This document shows positions 54,606 to 64,000 of a stretch of DNA of 64,000 bases, piece after piece. The stretch spans positions 26,722,001 through 26,786,000 of the forward strand of contig CM022671.1 in assembly GCA_012295275.1 (NCBI GenBank), read 5' to 3'. The notes under the pieces are model-generated. The model saw only the letters and a list, made by a program, of their open reading frames with translations, had not been told where the DNA came from and did no database searches. The stretch is from Chrysomallon squamiferum. Taxonomy: Eukaryota > Animalia > Mollusca. Position 1 is the first letter of the stretch. The number at the start of each line of letters is the position of its first letter. Position numbers and translations under genes: made by a program.

Positions 54606-55464
54606 TTTTTTTTTTTTTCCCACTTCTTTTAATTCCCTCAAGAGAAACACAGATCATATTTAAGGGAAAAACAATTCATGCAATTTGCGAGCCCCTGAAG
54701 CTTGAAGCGTGTTTTAGAGAAGGGAGAGATTATTTGCAATTTCCGTAGCTTGCTTGTTTCTTTTTCACGAAAATCAATCTCTGCCGATGTTTTTGCTGTG
54801 AGATGGATTCATTATAAAATTATTGACATCAGCAAAGCACCGTTGAAAAACTCACAGAATCATGTCTATGTTATCTCTGTGCTCTCTCTCACACTGGTCG
54901 CTTGATTAGTTCGTGATTTTTAACTAAAGCCTTAATCAGACTGCCAATACTAACTGGTGAATTCTCACTGTACACCATGACAATATTTCTACTGCAGCAT
55001 AAAAATTAACTGAAGTCAGAATTATAGATGAATGCACAAATAAAAAAAAAAAAAAAGATTTTCTTTATAGAATGAAGAAGAAAGAGATTTCAAGCAAAAG
55101 ATTAAGTTTTTTATTAATTTTTGAAGTAATCGATTTCTGTTTTGAGTACTCATCAGTCAGTGTTTTTGTAGATACTAGGGTGTTAACCACTGATTGGTTG
55201 ATTCATGGTTTTCTTTCGTTCTTTCACATTGTTTGTATATTTATTAAATAATGAATAAACAAAAAAACAAAAAATCATATGGGAATTAATGAAAAAAAGA
55301 TGAATTGGCTAGTCAGTGTCCTAGTATTTACAAAAACACTAAGTAGTTTATCATACAGATTATTTTCTAAAGTTATAAAATTAAAATTGGTATCTTCTAA
55401 TTACATGAAAATTTCATTATTGCTTCTATTGTTACTATAACTATACCTCGTGCTGCAGCTATAA

Positions 55465-55495
55465 CTGTTGCTGCTGCTGCTGCTGCTGCTGTTAC
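55465..55495. repeat. (GCT)n microsatellite
   Basis: Directly visible. Confidence 0.9.
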
Positions 55496-56640
55496 TACAA
55501 CTGCAATACCATTTGTAGTGAGATCTCTGCTTCTATTGCTACTAATACAAGCCAGTATGTAAAAAGCAGAAACACTCTTTTCTCTCTCTCTATATATATA
55601 TCTATACTGTGAACCTCTGAGCAACTGCTGCAGTAAATTATTTTCATTCAATCAATTTGATTAATTAAAATTATTACTCACAGAATCATATTTCCAAAAA
55701 TATTTCTCATTGATTTGGGACATCAGTTATATTGTTTACCCTTTAGGGACACACCGTTAACTTTCTATATTTGTTTTGACTTTGTTTTCTTCTTTCATCT
55801 TTGAACAAAAAAAAATTTCTTTAATTTAAAATAATTAACATGTTTGTGAATCAGGTTAAAAGTGTGCAGCTCTCTGAGGAACCACTTGGCCAATCCAGAC
55901 TTCAAAGAACTCTTTTTACAAGGTTAAATTTCCATCACGGAATGCAAAAATATAAAAAAATATAAAAACTGACAAAAAAACAACCTCACACACAGTCAGT
56001 GCATGCATGTCTTTGTTTTATTGGAAAATTGGGGTTTTTGAGACACATCGACAGTCGGTTTTAGGAAAATCTATAAAATTATAGTCTCTGATTTTACTGA
56101 TTGATTGCAACTTCTTGTAGAAGAATCACTTTAAAACTGAAATGAATGGTTTAGGTTTTTCACTCACTACTCACAATGGTTAAGAAAACTGATGATAGTA
56201 TTTAACTTACCAGGTAGATGTTATAGTCTATACAGTAAAAACTGACCTCTATTTTATCTTGTGTAGAGAAACAGGAATTTTTTCCTTCTTTTTCCATTTC
56301 AAAACAATTACAGGAGACTGCAGGTCAGGTTTAAACTGCAAAGTTTGAGTGATGATGTCTCACAAAACTGAATTAAGACCCATTAGGATTATTTTACAAT
56401 TTGATAATTAAACATACTAAAAACAAAACAAAAAGAAAAGAAAAAGAAAAGAAATAAATATATATATATATATATATATATAATAATAAAGAAATAACAT
56501 ATAAAAAGACATTCTTAATAATATTTTAAGCCAAATGTCTACTTAATTAAGTTATAATCTTAACTGTTGAATGTTTTCTGGCTTAAAAAAGTGTCAGCAT
56601 CAAAAGAAAAGCACTAGTGATATTTCTGGTAAATATATAA

Positions 56641-56671
<31 letters not shown>

Positions 56672-57394
56672 GATGTGAACAAATACATTCTTGTATTGGT
56701 AGATGAAAGAATTTGAAACCTTCACTAAATATTTATCTTGAATCTGCAACATTTTTCTACAGATTTAGAATTAATTTAATTTCTGCTGGCAAATTCCTTG
56801 AAGCAACTGTTTGTTTTGACAGTGCCGGAACAGTAGACTAAATAAATATTCATCTTAGATGTGACAATGTTCCATCTCCCTTCCAGCCCTCAAGTTTCAT
56901 TTTCTCACAGCAGGGGGTCCGCTTCAAATTACAGTGGTATGTATGCATTTCAATGCTCAGTCTAATTATGCCATTCGCTCTGCTGCATGTCCGCTGATGA
57001 TCATGCTTCTCTGAACTCCAAAAGAACCTGGAAAAGAAGTTTTCAATTATTGTAAATCAATTTCCTAATTATCGCTCGGTGTGTGCAGTCGCGAAGCCCA
57101 GTGAGGTGCTCAAAGATAGGTTTTCCTAGCCTACAGCTTATTACCCTGCCCACATAATGGTGTGTTTTTGCAACACAGGCAATGCTTAGGAGAGATATTA
57201 GCTCACAGAATGGTCACATTAATTGCGTAAAAAGACCTATTTTGTGCCTAATAGACTCGTGGGGAAATTGATTGTAATGATGATGGTGTTCTGTGTTTAT
57301 CACTTGGATGTTCTTGCTGTCTGTATCACTTGGTGTTTTATTTTATTTTAATTTTTTTTTATTATTATTGGGTTTTTTTTGCAGTATGAAATTG

Positions 57395-57396
57395 TC

Positions 57397-57445
<49 letters not shown>
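57395..57445. repeat. (TG)n microsatellite
   Basis: Directly visible. Confidence 0.95.
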
Positions 57446-57446
<1 letters not shown>

Positions 57447-58557
57447 GTGTTTTGTGGATGTGTTGTCTGTGTGTGTATGAGTAACAGAGAGGAAGGATAG
57501 AGTATCAGATTTAGTATTTAATAAATATCAAACATAATTAAATTTAATTTAAAGCACAAATAAAATATTTTGAAATATCTTACTTTTTTTTTTTTAATAC
57601 AAATGTAAATATTTATTTTCCATTTTTATATTTTAATCATAAATATATTTTGTTTGAAATGGGTCTTTTTAAGATAATAGTTCAGACTGTATTGTTCATT
57701 GCTTATTTGGCATAAACAAAAGATCAATGGTTCATGCAGTGTATTCTTAAATACTTGGTGTCTTGGAACTAAATGCATTTTTTCCATAATAAATGGCCAC
57801 ATGTGATATATTATTTGTATCTGCAGACATATCAGCTTGCTTCATATTTGCAAATGAATATCATATTCATTTCTGTTCATAATGGAACAGAGAAGACAGC
57901 AGAAAAGCAATGAATTCAAAAAGCCCACTGGTCATACTGAATTACAAATGAAATTCCAATAACTGGTGCTGATAGCCTTTTTGCCATGCTGGTTCATGGT
58001 TTTTATTAATTAAAAAGTAAATGAAAGAGAAATATTGGTATGTTTAGAAAGGTTTTTTTTTTTGCATGTTAAGAATAATTGAACTTCAGCCAAGAGGTAA
58101 AGTAATAGAAAGTAAGAAGATTGTTTGGAAATGAATATATACAGCCACCCCTTTTGTCTGTAATTAATTTTATTTTTAGAAAGAAAGAATTTTATGTGAA
58201 AACAAACAGGTAGTAGTAAACACAATTAAATGGTGTCCCAGAATGCTGTTGAGTAACATCCTGCTGTGTTAGATGGAAAGTGTGTACCAGCCTGTTTCAT
58301 TTAAACTTAATATTCCATTTTTTAAACACCAGTTCAGAACTAGAAACTTTCTGGTCCTATTTAACAGAGGGTTAAAAATTGAAGTGAAATTGCTGTGTTG
58401 ACTGGGAAGGAAATCTCCAATTGTTTCTGCCCTGTTAATTTTCCAAGAACTGCTTTTAGTAACCCAGTGGTATCAATTTTCATCTCATCAACATTTTATT
58501 TCCTTTTCTGATTATAACATTTCTATAAATAATGTTAATTTAATCACAAACAAGAGA

Positions 58558-58611
58558 CATCATCAACATCAACATCATCATCATCATCATCATCATCAAC
58601 AACAACATCAT
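58558..58611. repeat. (CAT/CAA)n microsatellite
   Basis: Directly visible. Confidence 0.92.
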
Positions 58612-59603
58612 CTCATTATAATCTTACAGTATCCAGTTTTCTCCAGACTGAATTTTGATGCTAAGTTTCCTTGCAGAGCAAATGTTAGTATGATTACCTT
58701 GTGGCACTTGGTCTGTGGACTTAATTTCCTGTCTTTTTGATAAGAAATGTGAGTGCTGCAACAACCTGATAGCTCCAGTGAAACATTACTGCAAGTTGGC
58801 TGGCTTCTTTTGAACACCCTGATAAGTGCTGTTGGAGATGGCTCATTCAGTATGAGCCCCAAGTAATCATATAAAGCATCACAGCTTAGTATCAAGTTAC
58901 TTTTATAGTACTGACCAGCTGCACTACTGTTTGATGGTGATTAAACACAGTTTAATGAATAGCAACACAGTAGCTATCTTCGTAGCTTACTGGATTAAGT
59001 ATTTGTGTTATCTCTGTGTGCGACTGTTAAGTGTTTATATTATTTGCTTAGTAGTTCTGTTGGGTATGAAAATTAATTATACGTATTATTAAAATGATGG
59101 TTTGTGTTGTATTAAATGTATATACATACATTTTCACATCTGTTGTAATTTTGTTTCAGTATTTATTATAAATATTCATTTAATTAGATATTTATTCTGT
59201 CTGCATTGTCGTATTATAGTTTTGTTTAGCTGTAGTTTAAATTTATTTATTTATTTACTTTTGTATTAAGTAAATTGAAAGAAGTTAATTCTCCAAAAAT
59301 TGCTTTACAACATACTTTACTGAAAACAGACCTGCAGAAATAGAAAGAAGTTTGTACTTAAAATACTCATTAATGTAAAGCACTGTTAATGATGCACAAG
59401 AGCTAGAAATAGATAACAGTAATTAAGAACATGCAGTAGACAATTATTTGTGCATGCCTTCATTTTATAAAAGTGTATTGAAACATCAGTCCTGAATAGG
59501 ATATTAATTAAACACCCATCAGTTGATGTATTACCTAATACATAGACTCTTGAGAGATACTGTACATCATTTAACAAAATCTGTTTGAATATTAAATTAT
59601 ATT

Positions 59604-59790
59604 TTATATTACCTTTCTATAGCAACAGATATAGCATAATTTAAAAAATACAATGAAAATGAAAAGTATGCCATTTAAGCATTCATTAATTCGTATATAT
59701 TATTACCTTTCTGTAGAAGTTAGTATAAAATAATTTTAAAAATGCATAAATGCTGTGATATTAATATATTCATTTGTGTATATATTAGTA
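59604..59790. repeat. Diverged tandem duplication, unit about 95 bp
   Basis: tattacctttct.tag.a...taattt.aaaaat.ca occurs near 59607 and 59701. Confidence 0.7.
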
Positions 59791-60603
59791 TTCAGTAACA
59801 AAGAGATATGATTTATGATTTTAATAAACCTATTGAACTTCATCTTCTACAGATTGACTAGATTTTTGTATTATAGTATATGTCTGTAACAACAAGTATA
59901 TGATATATTTAACTGTTATTGACATTACTGGTAATGTATTCTCTGATCACAGAATAACTTGAACTTTATTTCTTGTATTACATATATTTTGCTCTCTCTT
60001 CTTTTCTTTGTGTTTTTTTGTTTTTCCTCTTTATCAAATAACAATCTGTCACAGACTGATACTTGATTTCTTTTTATGTACTTTCAACTGGAAAATTATT
60101 TTTTATAATTTTAATTAAATTTTTTGTCTTTTACTTTTAACTACTCCAATCAAAAGCCGGTGAAATAATGTTTTTGGTTGGGGAAAAAAAGAATCAGAAG
60201 AAGATTAAAATGAAAAAAGGAGGAAAGAAATTAATCACTTGCTGGGAAATCAAATGTACCATATAAAAATAAAATTTAAAAGACCATCCTTCAAAACAGG
60301 CAAAAAACAACAAAAAAAACAACAATAGCAACAAAAAAAAAAAAAAAAAAAGAAAAGAAAGAAAGAAAAGATTAAATAAATAAATAAATAAATAAATAAT
60401 ATAAAATTCATAAATGATTAAGTGCACTATTTTAAAACACTGATTGTTCCAAGAAACCTTTTTCTTTTCCTTTTTTTCTTTATTTTTGCCTTTTGCCATT
60501 GTACAGTTACATTTTCTTCTTTTACGTATTATTGCCTGCTTAGTATTTACATTCTTAATATGTGGACATATTTATATATGTATGTATATGTTTTTATGTA
60601 TAT

Positions 60604-60638
<35 letters not shown>

Positions 60639-61812
60639 CTGAATTTTTTTCATTTTAAATATCAAAGCAATTTCTCTCTCTGTCTCTCTGCATGTTGTAA
60701 ATACTAATTTCAAAGTTTAAAAAAAATAATAATAATAAAATAAAAAAAAAAAATAACCACCTCTTTACAAATGACAAGACTAATGACTTGATCAAGATCT
60801 CTCAGCAACTGTCAGAACAAACAAGATGATGTCTTGCTTCTTTGCAAAAAACTATTTTTTTCTTTTCTTCTTCTTGTTTAGAATTTAAAATAAAATTTAA
60901 AAAAAAAAAAAATCCGGCATATTAACTCGTTGATGTTTGAAAAATCTTTTAGTGGTGGCAAATGAGTTGGATGGTGAGGACATTGAAGCATGTGATTCAA
61001 ATTTACACACAGCGAAAGATGTAAAATATTTTAACACGTACATCTTCATTCTGTCAATCCAAGTGTCTGTCCATGCAGAAAATGATAATAATGAAAGATT
61101 AGAACAATGGAAAATTGTATTAAGAAGCAGAAATTTGACATGGGTTTTAAATCAAAAGTCCATTTTGTGTCAAGAGAATACACGATTATGTCTTTAAATT
61201 TAGTGCTGTTAATGGTGTCTGTAGGTAGGTGTATAAAGTTGTCTGGGTTTTTTTTAAAGTCCCTCAGAGTTACTTTTAATCAAATTTTGACTCAGTTTCT
61301 AGTAAATGTGTTATGGAATATACTTTGGAACATATAACTGTTAGTTGCTGGGGATTTGAAGTTGATAATAATGAATTTTATGAAATATAAGGTTTAATCA
61401 GAATTGAAACAAACCTAGTTTGTTTGTCTTGTTTTGTTGCTGTTTTAAATAATGAGTGTTCTGTGTTCATTACATCCCTATAAAACTACTACATCTATCA
61501 CTAATAAAGAAAATGAACAACAACAGCAAAAAATTAAATTGGCTTGTATATTATACATACTTGCGATATACTGTGAATATTAAAGGGATAAGTGAATGCT
61601 TTCAAAATGAAATTAACATTTATAAAATGATTTTGCAATATTTCCCAAAAAATATAACTGTAATAAATTCATAACAGTTTGTTTGTGTATGGTATAACAA
61701 GAAAAAACCAGTTATCATTTTTAAACAAGTTGCATGTTGAAAGCCAGGACTGAATAAAAATAAAACCCCAATATAAAATGTTTCTGATGATGTATCTTTG
61801 ATTTATCAACAG

Positions 61813-61948
61813 GTGCAGTTCGAGGGAGGAGTGTGAATCTTTCGACACACCCAAAAGATGGCTGCCTTACAGTGGGGAGCAGTGTACAAAGATTACCAGT
61901 GTTAAACCCGATAAACTGCAGAAAAATAAAAAGGACAAGACAACACAG
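61813..61948 (+). CDS. PlexA: Plexin-A-like receptor, internal exon: second half of PSI-1 and linker ((K)[45 protein letters not shown])
   Basis: Acceptor tttatcaacag|G, donor CAG|gttagt; 136 nt. The first G completes the AA|G Lys codon of the previous exon, giving ...WCTLENKCS..C..W...C, as expected for a plexin [16 protein letters not shown] resembles my recollection of insect PlexA (CTTITSV.P.QLQ). Confidence 0.93.
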
Positions 61949-62033
61949 GTTAGTATTTGTGTGTGTGTGTGTGTGTATCTGTGTGTCTGTGTGTGTGTGT
62001 CTGTGTGTGTGTGTGTCTGTGTGTGTGTGTGTC

Positions 62034-62075
<42 letters not shown>

Positions 62076-62153
62076 TGTGTGTGTCTGTGTGTGTGTGTGT
62101 GTCTGTCTCTGTGTGTGTCTGTCTGTCTGTGTGTGTGTGTGTGTCTGTCTGTC

Positions 62154-62227
<74 letters not shown>

Positions 62228-62239
62228 TGTCTGTTTGTC

Positions 62240-62295
<56 letters not shown>

Positions 62296-62311
62296 TGTCT
62301 GTCTGTTTGTC

Positions 62312-62348
<37 letters not shown>

Positions 62349-62699
62349 GCATGTGGATAATTGGGGAGTTGTTTCTGTGTGTGTTGAGAGAAAGAAAGAG
62401 TGTGGATATGTGTATGTGCAGTTGTAAGTGAGAGAAAAAGAGATTGTATGAGTTTGTATACAAGTATCCTTACAAATGAGAATGTCTGGATGTATGCATT
62501 TCTGTATGTTGGTTAGTGTTTAGTTACTGTGATAAAACAAACGAAAACAAAAATAATTTCAAGAATGTTGAGTATCGGATATGATGTCACATTTTGTTTT
62601 TGTCAACAGATTTTCTTTACCATTATGAGAGTTTCAAAGTGACACTTCAGTTGATCATGATTTCAGAACATACTGACTGTGAACTGTTTTATGTTTCAG
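61949..62699 (+). other. Phase-0 intron, 751 bp, about half TG repeat
   Basis: gttagt...tttcag boundaries and an in-frame exon join. Confidence 0.9.
61958..62344. repeat. 387-bp (TG)n/(TCTG)n array starting 9 nt into the intron
   Basis: Directly visible; it explains the ORFs at 61833-62463. Confidence 0.97.
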
Positions 62700-62868
62700 C
62701 TGAAAATCATAATAGACAACCTACCACAGCTGCAGGGTAACTACGAATGTGCCTTTGGCTACGACACTCTCTTCTCCTCCATCATCACCAAAGCAGATAA
62801 AATTTCAAAGGGAGTTAAATGTTACACACCTTTACCTAATCAGTTACCTCCGTTTCCTACAGGTCAAG
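62700..62868 (+). CDS. PlexA: Plexin-A-like receptor, internal exon: first IPT/TIG-like domain (LKIIIDNLPQLQGNYECAFGYDTLFSSIITKADKISKGVKCYTPLPNQLPPFPTGQ)
   Basis: Branch-like tactgac at 62671-62677, acceptor ttttatgtttcag|CTG, donor CAAG|gtaaga. The exon is 169 nt, phase 0 in and phase 1 out, in frame with the previous exon. It has the L.I.NLP...Y.C.F...V.C.TP...LP pattern of the plexin-A post-PSI domain and overlaps ORF 62679-62909. Confidence 0.93.
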
Positions 62869-64000
62869 GTAAGAGAATCATTTTTTTACTTTTTTTTTTT
62901 TTTTTTTAGGAGTATTGAAATTTTTTTTTTTTTTCTTTATTAGAGAGAGAATATACATAATAAAACAGATTTTTAAAGAAAAGGTAGTAATTAAAAATAA
63001 GCCATTGTTTATCAATTGTCAACAGCCTTATAGTTTGAATTGGGATTAGTTTGATCTTTAACCAAGAGAAGATGCATTAACTGCAGATAGTAGTCATGAT
63101 AAGGTCTGCTTCTTGAAAATAATTTAAACAGTTTTTTTTTTTTAAATGATTTGTTTATAATCATGCTACAACATCAGCTCCTTTATTTCTTCATGTATAC
63201 AGTGGCAGAGGGACAAGTCTGTAAAATTTATTGTTTATTAGGAAGATGTTTCTTCTCCCCAGCTAAAACTGTAATCCATATAAAATGTTGGGCAAGGTCT
63301 CACTATTCCCAAGCTTTATTGATATAATTAAGAATTTTACTTACATTAAAAGAAAAACTTACAGCTTTAAAAGAAACTCCACCTTTTTCACTAGTAACAA
63401 AGAATTTTTTATATTTGCATCTTTCCAACCCTTTCATTATTAGTCATTGGTGACATGTTAGACTGGAAAATAATCCCAAAGGTAGCACTGATCATGTGGC
63501 ACATCATTGTTCAGGCTAGCTCTCTAATACTAAGCTACTGATAACTTGAAAACAATGGAAGGAAAAAAACCTTTTCCCTTTATTGTAACTTGTATTCTTA
63601 ATAGCAAAATACATAAAACACACCAACATTTGTTCTAAAATGAGAATATTTTAAAAAACCGAAACAGGAAAAAGACAACTAAGATTTCAGGAAGATTTTG
63701 GAAAATCGCTAGAACAAAGAAGAGAAATTGATTTGTCTCACTTCCTCGTAATTACTCTCAGCAGGTTGGCTTGACTTGTGTGTTTGTTTTCTTCCTGCAA
63801 ATACAAAATACCTGCTCAAGGTTAGGTTGAGAGAGATAAAAAGATTTTGTGTGTAAAAACAAGAAAACAACTGTGAGCTGAAAGCCACAGCCAGTGAAGG
63901 TAAGGTACTGGAGGAGAGTGACAGCTGATCTGATAGTGAAATAATGGTCTACAGATAGTTGTCTAATCACTTCAGCATCTGACAGACTTGTGTATCATGT

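Larger units (their letters stand above)
39192..61812 (+). other. Phase-2 intron, 22,621 bp, splitting the PSI-1 domain
   Basis: GT at 39192 and AG at 61811-61812. Joining the flanking exons gives an uninterrupted PSI motif. Confidence 0.88.

Noticed and set aside
58608-58895. 95-aa minus-strand ORF and similar non-repeat ORFs (16538-16786, 52325-52555, 60937-61197) as a nested gene
   Set aside because: No recognisable motif, no consistent splice structure, and lengths within random expectation.
61813-61818. Alternative acceptor 6 nt downstream (cag|gtgcag|)
   Set aside because: It would delete a conserved PSI cysteine; the upstream AG gives the correct motif.

Overview
AT-rich, CpG-depleted animal genomic DNA, probably from a mollusc or other lophotrochozoan (inferred from the repeat content and the invertebrate-type protein). 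Almost the whole window is intronic sequence of one + strand gene, a Plexin-A-type semaphorin receptor. Three coding exons are supported: 39091-39191 (end of the Sema domain plus the first half of PSI-1, LFKIKVSECSQYITCGECLGARDPYCGWCTLENK), 61813-61948 (rest of PSI-1 and linker) and 62700-62868 (first IPT/TIG-like domain). They join in frame through canonical GT-AG introns of >39 kb, 22.6 kb and 751 bp. The introns hold many microsatellites (strongly TG-biased on the sense strand), old tandem duplications, a younger 43-bp minisatellite, decayed SINE fragments, and short complex islands that retain CpG and resemble enhancers. Apart from 62679-62909, which overlaps exon 3, the ORF track is noise from repeats and low-complexity DNA. 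I found no RNA gene, intact transposon or prokaryotic-type system. The most interesting signals are unproven splicing features of the giant introns: candidate recursive splice sites, a frame-preserving 12-nt microexon candidate, a possible 1-nt exon, and UG-repeat arrays next to real and cryptic splice sites.
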